Assembly: GCA_965242695.1 (NCBI GenBank)
Contig: CBDESU010000001.1
Coordinates: 1,280,001-1,344,000, forward strand
Direction of reading: 5' to 3'
Origin: Cenarchaeum sp.
GTDB taxonomy: Archaea > Thermoproteota > Nitrososphaeria > Nitrososphaerales > Nitrosopumilaceae
Length of the DNA: 64,000 nucleotides
Below, one piece after another: positions 1 to 10,093 of the stretch (position 1 is the stretch's first letter; each line of letters starts with the position of its first letter). The translations under genes and the position numbers were made by a program. The notes beneath the pieces are model-generated. The model saw only the letters and a list, made by a program, of their open reading frames with translations, was not told where the DNA came from and made no database searches.

Positions 1-1252
1 CGCGGGGCCCGACTCTGTGCAGGCGGGAGGCGCGATAGGCAGGGGGGTGTCCCGGGACGACGGCATGATCCACGTCGAGTCCGATCCCGCGTCGTGGTCG
101 ATCGCCGAAAAGATGAGGTCGACCGGGGCAAGGCTCGGCGACCTGCTGCGGGGCGACGGCTGCCTGATCACGACCGGCGAGTACATGCAGGGGCTGGACT
201 GCTGGATCAAGGACAGGCCGAAAGGGGGATTGCGCATGCTATCCGGCGACGACATTGCCAGGTACAGGATAAGCGCCTCGCGGTACTACCGGCGAGGCGA
301 GAAGGCCGTCGAGTCCAGGAGCGCCAAGTCCAGGGCCGCGCTCGCGCCGCACGTCGTCGGGCAGCGAATCGTGGCGCACATAGGCAGCCCCGCGCCCCAC
401 ATAGCGATGGCGTTTGCGTACGACGAGGAGGGATCGCGCGCGTTCGACACCGTAACGCACATAGTGCCGGGAAAGAGGATCGACGCGCACGCCCTTGTCG
501 CCATACTCAACAGCCGCGCCGTCTCGTGGTATGCGCACCGGTTCGTGTTCTGCAACGCGGTGCGGGGCATGGACATGAGGCCTTGGTACGCGGAAAGGAT
601 CGTCGTCCCGAGCCCGGATGCGGGAGCCGAGAAGGCGCTGGCCACGCTGGGGCGAACGATGGCCTCGCTCGCGGCCTCGAGGGATGCGAGCAGGCCCCGG
701 CTGCGCGACTACCTTGCCGAGCGCGCCCAGGGCGCGCTGAGGCTGCGCGACTACGTTGGGGACGCCGCGGCATGCGATCGCCGCATACACGACAAGGCCA
801 CGGTTGGCACGGCAAGCCGCCTAGAGGCCGTCGACGAGGGCGGCGGGTGGCTTGGATTTTTTGCAGACTATTCCCCGCCGCGCACGAGGATCGCGCGGCG
901 CAGGAGGATCGTGAGCCTGCGCGTGCGCGACAGGGGGATCCGCGACTACATCCGTGCAGAGGCCGGCAGGGGCGGGGCGCTCCGCCCGGCGCGCGGAGCG
1001 ACCCTGTACGAGCAGGCCGCAGATGCGAGGATCGGGTCGTACGGCAAGAGCGCCGCAGAAAGCGCCAAGGCGCTCGGGTCGATGCTGAGGCCGTACGCCA
1101 GGGATGCCGCGAGGCACGATGCCTGGAGGGCCAGGTTTGCGGCCGCCGATGCCGAGATAGACGGGATCGTCTGCCGCGCGTTCGGGCTTTCGGACGCCGA
1201 TGAGCGGCGGATCAACGAGTCGTCGCGGCCGCCGGGGCGGAGCAGATACTAG
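1..1252 (+). CDS. C-terminal part of an N6-adenine DNA methyltransferase / type IIG restriction-modification protein (TaqI-C-like specificity region), 5' end outside window
   Basis: ORF 17..1252 open from the window edge. Segments 'VVGQRIVAHI...AFAYDEEG..AFDTV...LVAILNSRAVSWY' and terminal 'DAEIDGIVCRAFGLSDADERRI' resemble TaqI-C/Eco57I-type C-termini. Confidence 0.65.
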   Translation, partial: AGPDSVQAGGAIGRGVSRDDGMIHVESDPASWSIAEKMRSTGARLGDLLRGDGCLITTGEYMQGLDCWIKDRPKGGLRMLSGDDIARYRISASRYYRRGEKAVESRSAKSRAALAPHVVGQRIVAHIGSPAPHIAMAFAYDEEGSRAFDTVTHIVPGKRIDAHALVAILNSRAVSWYAHRFVFCNAVRGMDMRPWYAERIVVPSPDAGAEKALATLGRTMASLAASRDASRPRLRDYLAERAQGALRLRDYVGDAAACDRRIHDKATVGTASRLEAVDEGGGWLGFFADYSPPRTRIARRRRIVSLRVRDRGIRDYIRAEAGRGGALRPARGATLYEQAADARIGSYGKSAAESAKALGSMLRPYARDAARHDAWRARFAAADAEIDGIVCRAFGLSDADERRINESSRPPGRSRY

Positions 1253-1510
1253 GCGGGATCCGCCGGCCTAGGCGCGCTGCGGTGCTTTTGCGCAGTTCTG
1301 TCCTCCAAAGCCGCCAAGGTCCCCCCCCCCCCTCCTCGCCCGCATCATGTGGGAGGAGACGGTCTGGATCATGCAATGCGTACGGCGAGGCCAGATCCTT
1401 CTCGTGCGTCATTCAAGCCCGGCACGAGGAGGCGGCCGCGCGGCAGGACGGGCGGATCGCGCCGATGCGTCCGCCGCAACCTGGGCCGCGGCGCCTGGAA
1501 GTGCAGGGGC

Positions 1511-4500
1511 CTACCCGGCGCCGGCGCACTCTGCCGTGTACTCGACGCGCTGGGCCAGCTCGGCTTCATCCACCTGGGCGTGCCCCGTCAGGTTGAGCAT
1601 GAACCACAGCGGCGCCTCTAGGCCGCCGCCGAGATTGCGCGCGACGGAAGCGCCTCCCGCCGGCAGCGGGGCGAATCCCGCATCCGATCCGGCCGCGCTC
1701 AGCAGCGTAGCATTGGCCGGAATCTGCGACAAGGTGGCGTTCAAGACGGGCGCGCCCGGAAGCGGAGTGACGGACCACGGTGTCGCATCGAGCTCGACGC
1801 GCGCAAACGGCAGCGATCCCAAGTTTACCACCGCCTGCTCGGCCGCATCGGAATAGTCGCCGGGCCTAGCCTGCGCGGCCAGGCGCTCCGAGCCGAGGCG
1901 CATCGAGCACGTGTGGTCGACGGGCGGCGGCGTGCCGCGCTCGGATGCGGCGGTGCCGAACCGCGTCAGGTGGTACGTGTGGACGACCATGTCGCCTCCC
2001 GACTCGATCCGGCACTCGCCCGAGCCGCCGAGCTGGCGGTGGACCCTCTCCGTGTCGTCGGCAGCGCATGCCAAGTCGATCGGCACGATCGCGCCGTCCT
2101 CTCCCTCGATGTAGAACGCGCGGCCGCCGGCCTGGCCGTCAAGGGATATGCGGACGGGTATGTCGAACGTGATGCGGCCGTCGCCGTTGCCGCCGGCCTC
2201 GACGATCGTTCGCAGGATCATTCCGCCAGAGCTGGGATATGCCAGGGCGGCCGTGGCAGCCTCGTTGGAGACCTCTCCGCCGTCCACGTACAGGTAGAGC
2301 GTGCCGGCGGCGGGGACGGACATTGCTGTGACGCCCGGCGGGAACGTCACCGCGCCGAACGAGGCCGTCAGCGTGACGGCCTCTGCCGGGAACGTGGCAG
2401 TGCCCTGCGCGTCGGGCGTGCGGGCCAGTGCCGTCACGTTGATCGCCAAGCGCGCAGCCTCGCCGGCCGCGGTGCCGTCGACTGCCCGGGTAAAGCCGTC
2501 CGGCTCGATGCTGACGGGCGCCGGCCGCGTCTGCGCAACTAGGACGGTCTCCAGCATCCGTCCGGATGCGACTGGTATGTCCCCGGCCGCAAACCGCGGC
2601 GGGTCTACTCCCTGTCCGCCCGTCCCCTCCAGGTCGACTGCAAGTGTGATCGCCCCCGACTGGTTGCGGCCCACGCCGTCCCCGCCGAACGCGACGGTGT
2701 GGACCGCCGTGCCCAGCCCCTCCACACCCGATACGGCGCGCGTGCCGCCACCGCCTCCGTCTTCTGCGTCGATCTCAACCGCAGCGTACACGGGGCCGTC
2801 GTGTCCCGCCGGCGGCCCGAGCGCCGCCGAGTACGTTATTGTCACGGCGTTGCGGGCGGTGAATGCGGCCCTGGCCGTCGCGTTGCCCTGCGGCGGCGCC
2901 GCCCCGGCCAGATCGAGCGGGAGTGCGGCGTCCGTCCCGAGCGGAAGCCGGGCCGCATCGATCACCGCCGTCTCGTCCATCTCGAGCACGCCCGTCGCCC
3001 CAGGCCCTGCCGGGTCGCCGCCGAATGCCACCGTGTGCACGGCGGTTCCGTTGCCCGTCAGGCTGGAGACCACACGCAGGCCGCCTCCCGAGGACAGCGT
3101 GACGGACGCGTACGCGCCGGGCGCGGCCCATACGGGCTCCGTGTACTGGATCTCGGCCGCGTTCGGCCCCGCAACACGGGCGGATCGTACCCCTGGGGCG
3201 ATCCCGTCTCCGACGCTCGTCGACGAGGCGGCAGGCTCGTTGCCGGCCGGATCGGCAACGTTGCCGCCCGCCGGATCGTACGAGATCACCACCCCGTCGG
3301 GGGCCGTATCGGGCAGATCGCCGTCAAGGGTAAGATCGAGCGAGGTAGACGGCTCCGCAATGTCCTGGCTCAAGGCGACATCCAGCCCCTCGGCGTCGCG
3401 GCCCGACACGGACCAGCCGCCGGCGCCGGCGCCCGGGGCCAGCACGGGCTCGCTGAACAAGACCCGCATCGTGTCGAGCGATACGGCCGTTGCGCTGCGC
3501 ACCGACGGCGACTGGCCGTCGTCAAGATCGATCGCCCCGTCCGCGCCGAGCGCGTGACCCGCCGCATCGCGCACCGCCGCAGGATCCATTTCGAGTACGC
3601 CCGTAGCGGCCGGCCCGGCGGGGTCGCCGCCGAATGCCACCGTGTGCACGGCCGTCCCGTTGCCCTCGAGTCCGTCGACCGCACGCGGGGCCCCGCCCGA
3701 GGCCAGCGTCACGGACGCGTACGCTCCGGGCTCGGCCCACATGGGCTCCGTGTACCGGATCTCGGCCGAGTCGGGGCCCGCAATGGCGGCCGACCTGATC
3801 TCTGGGACGATCCCGTCTCCGACGCTCGTCGACGAGGCGACAAGGCCGTTTCCGGCCGCATCCTCGACGCTGCCGCCGGCCGGGCGGTACGAGAGGGTTA
3901 TCGCGTCCGGAGCGGTGTCGGGCAGATCGCCTCCCAGTGTGAGATCGAGCGAGGCGGACGGCCCTGCAAGATCCTGGCTCGATGCGACGGCAAGCCCCAC
4001 TGCGTCGCGGCCCGAGATCGCCCAGCCGCCGGCGCCCGTGCCCGGGGCCACCACGGGCTCGGTGAACGAGACGCGAATCGTGTCGAGCGAGACGGCCGTG
4101 GCGGCGAGCACCAACGGCGACTGGCCGTCGTCGAGCGTGCGCTGGATCGTGCCGTCGCCGAGCAGCATGTCCGATCCGTCCGATCCCGGCGACACGACGG
4201 CCGCCCCGTCAATCTCCACGCTGCCGGTCGCGTTCGGCTGCGCGTCGCCCGGGGTGAACGTGAGCGTGTGGAAGTGGCTGCCGCCACCGTCTCCCCCGTC
4301 CAGCCCCGTTATCGTCCTGTTCTGCCCGCCGACCGCGAGCGACGAGTACGCCTCGAGTGGGGCCTCTGCGTTTCTGGTGTACGCAATGACGGCCGTGTCG
4401 GGCCCCGTAATCCTCGACGAGAATACGTCCAGCACCCTCCCGTCTAGGATGTCCACGGTCAAGACGTCGTCGCCGAGCGGGTTTGCCGGGTCTGCCTCGT

Positions 4501-7225
4501 CGAGTACGGCCGTGCCGTCGACGGCCATGCTGCTAGGCGGCTCGGGGACGGGGGCCGGCTCGCCGGCAAAGCCGATCACGTGCTGGCGGAGGGCGGCCGT
4601 GTCGTGGGGACTGATCGTGCGGGAAGTCCCTCCGATCTCGAGCCCCGAGTAGGCTCCCTGCGATGCGGCGACCGGCTCTGTATAGTCGATTGTAATCTCC
4701 AGGTTCCCCGTGATCAGCGCCTCGTCAATGCTCGGCCGTATGCGGTCGGCCACGGCTATGCCCGTCCTGTCCTGCAGCTGGTTGCCGGCCTCGTCCCTAA
4801 TGCCGCCCTCGCTGGCGTCGTATGACAGCTCGAGATCGGGGGCCGTGTCAGGCAGGGTGTCGTTGAACGCAAAGACGATCTCGGTCTTCGGCGCCGACGC
4901 ATTGACGGGCCCGAGGGCGGCTATGGAAAGGTTGGCCGCGCTGGGCCCCGATATGGACCAGCCGGCCGAGGCGTTCATCGAGCCCGACGTGACGGGCCCG
5001 TCAAAAGTGACGCGTATGCGGTCCAGGGACTCGGCCTCGGCCAACCGCACCTTGGGCGCCACGGTGTCGACTGCAATGTCCTTGCGCTCTCCGAGCGTGT
5101 CATCGAAGCCCCATCCCGGCAGCTCCAGGTCGGCGTCGTTGCCGGCCGCGTCCCGTATGGTCCCGCCGTTGGCGGACAGGGCCGCCGTGCCCGTATAGTT
5201 CAGGTCGTCCGTCTCGTCGCCCTGCCGCACCGTGTACGAGAATACCAGCGTGTCGGAGTTGTTGCCTCCGGCAAGCGTTGCATTCCTGTCGGTCGCGCCC
5301 GTCTCGAGCCGTATGGACGGCGTGCCGCTTGCGTTGCTGAAGACGACGATCTCGCTAAGTTTCACCCGCACGTCGATCGTGGTGCCGACGGGGTGCAGGC
5401 CGTCGTCCGTTTCCGAGTAGACATACTCTACCTCTGGGCTGACCGTATCGAGTGTGATCATGCCAGAGTCGAGCAGGCCGTCCGTGCCAGGCTGGGGCAG
5501 GGCCAGGTCGGTGGCCCTGTTGCCGACCGCGTCCCGTATGATCGCGCCGTTCTCGGTCAGGGCCGTTGTGCCCGCATAGTCCAGGTCGGCCGTGTCGTCG
5601 CCATCCGTCACACTGTAGGAAAACTCCAGCGTCCGGCCGGTGCTCGCGGCCGCGTCGTACTCGGCGTAGCGGGCAACTGCCGCCCCCGTGCTCAGCTCGA
5701 TCCGCGGCGTGCCGCCCGTTTCGTCGACGACGACATCCTCGCTGAAGGTTACCGTGACGACTATGCGCGAATCGATGCCGTACGTGCCGTTGGGGGTCGT
5801 CGACGAGACCGACTCGACGGTCGGTCGCGTTGTGTCAAGGCGGATTGGCCCCAAGGCGCCGAACGGCCCGGCCATGACGGGATCGGGCAGGGCCAGGTCG
5901 GTGGCCCTGTTGCCGACCGCGTCCCGTATGATCGCGCCGTTCTCGGTCAGGGCCGTTGTGCCCGCATAGTCCAGGTCGGCCGTGTCGTCGCCATCCGTCA
6001 CACTGTAGGAAAACTCCAGCGTCCGGCCGGTGCTCGCGGCCGCGTCGTACTCGGCGTAGCGGGCAACTGCCGCCCCCGTGCTCAGCTCGATCCACGGCGT
6101 GCCGCCGGCGGTGTCGACATCTACGTTCTCGCTGAACAGGGCCCTGACTGCGATGATCGAGCCCTCCCTGTGCGGGCCCGTCCCGTTCGGGGACGTGACG
6201 TTCAGGACGGTCGGCCGGGTTGCATCTATCGGAACGGGCCCCGAGCGGCCGAGCGGGCCCGATGCGGACAGGGTCAGGTTGGCAGGGTTGCCTGGCTTGT
6301 CTGTCATGTTGCCGGCCGTTGTCAGCGCCATCGTGCCGTTGTAGCCTACGTCGGACGCATCGTCGCCGCCCTGCACCTCGTAGGCGAACGTGAACCTGTT
6401 TGTGTTGTTTCCCCCCGTGTAGCTGGCGTTGCGCGTCTCCCCGCTGCTCAGGTTGAGCATTAGAATGGGCGCGGCGCCCGAATAGACGACTGTATCGTCA
6501 AAGTTGACGCCGAATTCGATGCCGTCGCCCAGGCCGTATCCCCCGCTGGGGGGAGACACGGTGACGTTGGCCACGCGCGGCGCGATGCCGTCGAGTCTTA
6601 TGTCTGCCTGGGCCGACAGGGATCCTGGGCCCCTCGGCTGCGGTAGGTAGCATTTCATGGGATTATTATTGCCATCCTCAATTCTTGTGGTGGTCGAACC
6701 GTGTGTGACGACGAAGTACATCGCCCTTGTCGAGTCGTAGTCTAGGTCGCTGGTGTTGTCGCCGGCCCGCACCGTGTAGCGCCACTCGGCCCAGTGTCCA
6801 GAGTTTGGGGCCTCTGTGAAATTGGCATACCCCTCGGACTCGCCGCCCGTCTCGAGCCTGATGTGGGTGTGCCCTAGGAGATGAAGGGCGCTCTCGGTTG
6901 TATCGAAGCCCCCGCTGTCCGAACCAAAGTCGTAGGCGGAACTGGCGCGAATGTCGATCGTGTCGCCGATCTTGTACGTGCCGTTGGGCGAGCGGAATTC
7001 GATCGAGTTTATATTACTGGATCCCGATCTGTCGCACGGCCCCGCGGTGGCCGATCCTGCATGGGCATCGAGAGGCGCGGCCGCTACGGCAAGCGCGAGT
7101 ATGACGGCGGCCGCGGCAAGCGCGGCCATGGCGGAGGTCAGGCGGCGGCGGGCCGCTGTTCCGCGCCGCACCCCCCCCCCCAGGCCCTGCCGCGTGGGCT
7201 CCCGTGCGGCCGGCCCATGCCGCAT
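1511..7225 (-). CDS. Large secreted/surface protein (~1900 aa) with tandem Ig-like beta-sandwich repeats and a Cys-bounded C-terminal domain
   Basis: Hydrophobic signal peptide (MAALAAAAVILALAVAAAPLDAHA). Recurring 'F.Y.V..GD...DL.Y' and 'I.D.AGN' repeats and many NxT/S sequons. Start uncertain (7248, 7225 or later). Confidence 0.8.
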   Translation of the reverse strand: MRHGPAAREPTRQGLGGGVRRGTAARRRLTSAMAALAAAAVILALAVAAAPLDAHAGSATAGPCDRSGSSNINSIEFRSPNGTYKIGDTIDIRASSAYDFGSDSGGFDTTESALHLLGHTHIRLETGGESEGYANFTEAPNSGHWAEWRYTVRAGDNTSDLDYDSTRAMYFVVTHGSTTTRIEDGNNNPMKCYLPQPRGPGSLSAQADIRLDGIAPRVANVTVSPPSGGYGLGDGIEFGVNFDDTVVYSGAAPILMLNLSSGETRNASYTGGNNTNRFTFAYEVQGGDDASDVGYNGTMALTTAGNMTDKPGNPANLTLSASGPLGRSGPVPIDATRPTVLNVTSPNGTGPHREGSIIAVRALFSENVDVDTAGGTPWIELSTGAAVARYAEYDAAASTGRTLEFSYSVTDGDDTADLDYAGTTALTENGAIIRDAVGNRATDLALPDPVMAGPFGALGPIRLDTTRPTVESVSSTTPNGTYGIDSRIVVTVTFSEDVVVDETGGTPRIELSTGAAVARYAEYDAAASTGRTLEFSYSVTDGDDTADLDYAGTTALTENGAIIRDAVGNRATDLALPQPGTDGLLDSGMITLDTVSPEVEYVYSETDDGLHPVGTTIDVRVKLSEIVVFSNASGTPSIRLETGATDRNATLAGGNNSDTLVFSYTVRQGDETDDLNYTGTAALSANGGTIRDAAGNDADLELPGWGFDDTLGERKDIAVDTVAPKVRLAEAESLDRIRVTFDGPVTSGSMNASAGWSISGPSAANLSIAALGPVNASAPKTEIVFAFNDTLPDTAPDLELSYDASEGGIRDEAGNQLQDRTGIAVADRIRPSIDEALITGNLEITIDYTEPVAASQGAYSGLEIGGTSRTISPHDTAALRQHVIGFAGEPAPVPEPPSSMAVDGTAVLDEADPANPLGDDVLTVDILDGRVLDVFSSRITGPDTAVIAYTRNAEAPLEAYSSLAVGGQNRTITGLDGGDGGGSHFHTLTFTPGDAQPNATGSVEIDGAAVVSPGSDGSDMLLGDGTIQRTLDDGQSPLVLAATAVSLDTIRVSFTEPVVAPGTGAGGWAISGRDAVGLAVASSQDLAGPSASLDLTLGGDLPDTAPDAITLSYRPAGGSVEDAAGNGLVASSTSVGDGIVPEIRSAAIAGPDSAEIRYTEPMWAEPGAYASVTLASGGAPRAVDGLEGNGTAVHTVAFGGDPAGPAATGVLEMDPAAVRDAAGHALGADGAIDLDDGQSPSVRSATAVSLDTMRVLFSEPVLAPGAGAGGWSVSGRDAEGLDVALSQDIAEPSTSLDLTLDGDLPDTAPDGVVISYDPAGGNVADPAGNEPAASSTSVGDGIAPGVRSARVAGPNAAEIQYTEPVWAAPGAYASVTLSSGGGLRVVSSLTGNGTAVHTVAFGGDPAGPGATGVLEMDETAVIDAARLPLGTDAALPLDLAGAAPPQGNATARAAFTARNAVTITYSAALGPPAGHDGPVYAAVEIDAEDGGGGGTRAVSGVEGLGTAVHTVAFGGDGVGRNQSGAITLAVDLEGTGGQGVDPPRFAAGDIPVASGRMLETVLVAQTRPAPVSIEPDGFTRAVDGTAAGEAARLAINVTALARTPDAQGTATFPAEAVTLTASFGAVTFPPGVTAMSVPAAGTLYLYVDGGEVSNEAATAALAYPSSGGMILRTIVEAGGNGDGRITFDIPVRISLDGQAGGRAFYIEGEDGAIVPIDLACAADDTERVHRQLGGSGECRIESGGDMVVHTYHLTRFGTAASERGTPPPVDHTCSMRLGSERLAAQARPGDYSDAAEQAVVNLGSLPFARVELDATPWSVTPLPGAPVLNATLSQIPANATLLSAAGSDAGFAPLPAGGASVARNLGGGLEAPLWFMLNLTGHAQVDEAELAQRVEYTAECAGAG
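5495..6105. repeat. Near-identical internal duplication (~220 bp, 390-bp period) within the surface protein gene
   Basis: 5495-5715 matches 5885-6105; the peptide 'IELSTGAAVARYAEYDAAASTGRTLEFSYSVTDGDDTADLDYAGTTALTENGAIIRDAVGNRATDLALP' occurs twice. Confidence 0.9.
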
Positions 7226-7597
7226 GCAGGGGATGTACCTTGCGCCATTGCTGTCCGCCTGTCGCCCAAATGGGGCCTATAAAAGCATGCGCTCGGGTCG
7301 ACAAGCTGGATGGCGCCCAGGGCGCCCGGTGAGGTCGGCTGGAGACCTTGCGCTCACTGTGGGCCACGACGTCGGGGGCGATGGCGCCCAGGGCGCCCGA
7401 TGAGGCGAGCCGGAGACCCCTGCAGGAGGCCTCGGAGATTCCGCGGGGCCACGCCGGGGCGATCGCAGGCGCCTAGAATCTTTGACAAGCTTGCAGATGG
7501 GTTTGCGCGCATGCCACAGTAGCCGCGCCCGCCGCCGGATTGCGGCGGATGCGATCGCCGCCAAGCCCTTTTATTACAGGCGCGGGCCGGCGCGCCC

Positions 7598-8218
7598 GTG
7601 TCCTACATGTACATGCCCGGCGCTACGGCCGTCGGCATGGCGTACTCTGACGGGATCGTCCTGGCCAGCGAGAAGCGCATCGCGTACGGCAACTTTCTCG
7701 TCAGCAAGACGACCCGCAAGACGTTTCAGATCACGCCGCGCGTCGGGGCGGCCTGCGCGGGGCTCGTCGCCGACATGCAGATACTCTCGCTGCAGGTGTC
7801 GGCGCTCGCAAAGATACGCCGCATGGACCTTCGCCGCGACATCCCCCCCAACTCGATCGCAAAGATGATGTCCAACATGATGTACGAGAGGCGGTTCTTT
7901 CCGCTGCTCACGCAGGTCATCGTGGGCGGGGTAGTCGGAAAGCCGGTCATCTACACGCTCGACCCGCTCGGATCGGTGCTGCCCGACGAGTACGCAGCCG
8001 TCGGGACCGGCGCCGAGGCGGCCCTCGGCGTGATGGATCCCGCGCTCGGGGGCGACGGCGGCAGGGCATCGTCGATGTCGCGGGACGATGCCGTGGGGCT
8101 TGCCGTAAAGGCCGTCAGGGCGGCGACCCTGAGGGACTCCTTCAGCGGCGACGGCATCGACGTCATGGTAATCGACAAGGACGGATCCTCGTCCGAGACG
8201 GCGCCCGCATCCGGCTAG
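7598..8218 (+). CDS. psmB: Proteasome beta subunit (probably the non-catalytic paralogue: GATAVG instead of GTTTVG)
   Basis: 'GATAVGMAYSDGIVLASEKR', 'AGLVADMQ', 'LDPLGS', 'RDSFSGDGIDV'. TATA-like TTTTATTA about 25 nt upstream. Confidence 0.95.
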   Translation: MSYMYMPGATAVGMAYSDGIVLASEKRIAYGNFLVSKTTRKTFQITPRVGAACAGLVADMQILSLQVSALAKIRRMDLRRDIPPNSIAKMMSNMMYERRFFPLLTQVIVGGVVGKPVIYTLDPLGSVLPDEYAAVGTGAEAALGVMDPALGGDGGRASSMSRDDAVGLAVKAVRAATLRDSFSGDGIDVMVIDKDGSSSETAPASG

Positions 8219-8235
8219 GCGCGCGGAGGCCAGGA

Positions 8236-8778
8236 TCAGCGCCCGAGAACAGGGCGGGCCGACTCCCAGTGCCTGTCCGAGATGTAGTGCATCGTGGCGA
8301 CGACCTGGCCGCGCTGCGACGACGATGCCTCGGCGCTCGACATTGTCGACACCCCCACCGCGATGTACTTGCCGCGCGACTCTTCGCGCACGCATACGAT
8401 GCGGCCGGACCCGAATTCGCCCATGCCCGTAATGCCTGGGCGCATTATGTTGGCGCCCTTGCAGACGAACCGGACGGCGCCCATGTCGACCGTGACGGCT
8501 GGGAACCTGGCGAGCAGCCCATCCTCCGAGAGGAAGGGCAGGTAGGGCGGCCTTTCCGGCGGCGGCTCCCGATCCGCCCTTTCGGAATCTCCGGCGCCGT
8601 CCCGCGCGGCGGGGCCGAGCCGGAGCGCCTTGAACCCGGCGCCGTCCACGAGCGATGCGCCGCCGCCGAGGTCGTACACCCGGAGGTTCTTGGTGCGGGG
8701 CAGATCCAGCCCCCACGCCCCCGACACGTCGGCGAGCAGGGAGGCAGACTCGCTCTTTGAGAGCAGGTGGGACTTCAT
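8236..8778 (-). CDS. PUA-domain RNA-binding protein (MCT-1/Tma20-like)
   Basis: 'VTVDMGAVRFVCKGANIMRPGI', 'HYISDRHW'. ATG at 8778 overlaps the hom stop. Confidence 0.9.
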   Translation of the reverse strand: MKSHLLSKSESASLLADVSGAWGLDLPRTKNLRVYDLGGGASLVDGAGFKALRLGPAARDGAGDSERADREPPPERPPYLPFLSEDGLLARFPAVTVDMGAVRFVCKGANIMRPGITGMGEFGSGRIVCVREESRGKYIAVGVSTMSSAEASSSQRGQVVATMHYISDRHWESARPVLGR

Positions 8779-9830
8779 GGGTCCCTCGACATCTCCTTTC
8801 GTATGTCTATGAGGTCGCGGAGGATCGAGCTCGCCGTCTCGGTCCCGCCGGCGCCCTTGCCGATTATCGTCTGCGTGCCAGAGTGCTCGGACGTGAACGA
8901 GACGGCGTTGAGCGTCCCGTTGACGCACACGGGGTCGTCGAGGGCCACGTCGCGCGGCCCGACGGCCAGGTCGCGCCCGCTCTGCTCGCACGATGCGACC
9001 AGCTTTACGGCGCAGCTCTTGGCGGCGGCCCTCTTGGCGTCGCGCGCCGTCACCCTGCGTATGCCCGTGCGCGAGACGTCCGGCAGCGTGACCTTCATGC
9101 CCATGGCCCAGTTGGCGAGTATGACGAGCTTTGCGGCCGCATCGACGCCGTCCAGGTCGAGCGACTCGTCGGCCTCTACGTACCCGCGCCCGCGCGCGTC
9201 GCGCAGCGCCGCCGCGTACGACCTGCCGCCGGCGATGCTCGTCAGTATGTAGTTTGTCGTCCCGTTGAGTATGCCGGCAAACGACGTGATCCTCTCGCCG
9301 CGCAGCCCGTTGCGCGCATAGTCCAGGACTGGCGTGCCGCCGCCGACGGTCCCGCTGAACCGCAGCAGCACGCGGTTGTACGCGGCAAGCTCGGTCAGGG
9401 ACGGCAGCGCCAGGGCCAGCGGCCCCTTGTTGACCGAGACGACGTGCATGCCGCGCCGCATCGCCGATATGATGTGCGACATGCCCGGCTCGGCGTCGGC
9501 ATAGTTGCTCGACGTCGTCTCGACGAGCACGTCCGCATCCACCTCGTCTATCATGCTCGGGCCGCGCGCGGCATCGGGGGCGGGCCGCGCGGCGGCACTG
9601 CCGCCTCCGCCGCCGCCGCCGTACCCGCCGACCGTGCCGCGCCGCGCCTTGGCCGCAACGAGCCGCTCCAGGTCCAGGCCCGAGGGATCGGATGCGGCGC
9701 CGCGGCTGTCGAACGCGCCGACGACGCGCGGCTTCAGGCCGTACCGCGCGTACAGGTCGTCGGACCTGGACTCGAACAGCTTTGCAAGGCTCCTGCCGAC
9801 CACGCCGAACCCGCAGAGTATGATCCTCAC
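8775..9830 (-). CDS. hom: Homoserine dehydrogenase
   Basis: 'GFGVVG' Rossmann motif, 'HVVSVNKGP', 'GILNGTTNYIL', 'GAGGTETASSILRDL'. Confidence 0.95.
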   Translation of the reverse strand: MRIILCGFGVVGRSLAKLFESRSDDLYARYGLKPRVVGAFDSRGAASDPSGLDLERLVAAKARRGTVGGYGGGGGGGSAAARPAPDAARGPSMIDEVDADVLVETTSSNYADAEPGMSHIISAMRRGMHVVSVNKGPLALALPSLTELAAYNRVLLRFSGTVGGGTPVLDYARNGLRGERITSFAGILNGTTNYILTSIAGGRSYAAALRDARGRGYVEADESLDLDGVDAAAKLVILANWAMGMKVTLPDVSRTGIRRVTARDAKRAAAKSCAVKLVASCEQSGRDLAVGPRDVALDDPVCVNGTLNAVSFTSEHSGTQTIIGKGAGGTETASSILRDLIDIRKEMSRDP

Positions 9831-10093
9831 GGCGGGCGCCGGGCGGCGGCGCTATTTAATCAAGGTGGGGGGCGGTGCGAAGAGCCGCATCGCAGTGGCT
9901 TTGTACCCGGCGCAGGCGAGTCGGCCCGGCGGGAGGGCGGCTGCGCCGTGCCAGGGATCCGATCCGGCTCGTCGCGGCAGGCGGGCGGCGGCCGCCTGTG
10001 CATCGGGCCGCAGGGCAGCGCTCCATGCCCCGCCTTGAACCGTCGCATCAGGGGGGCAAAAGCTATAAACGGCGCCGCCGCGCCCGCATTGCG

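Noticed and set aside
1321-1332. C12 homopolymer as a phase-variation site
   Set aside because: It lies between converging gene ends, not in a credible gene or promoter.
7598-8218. psmB lacking the catalytic Thr1 as a novelty
   Set aside because: A second, non-catalytic beta paralogue is already known in TACK archaea.
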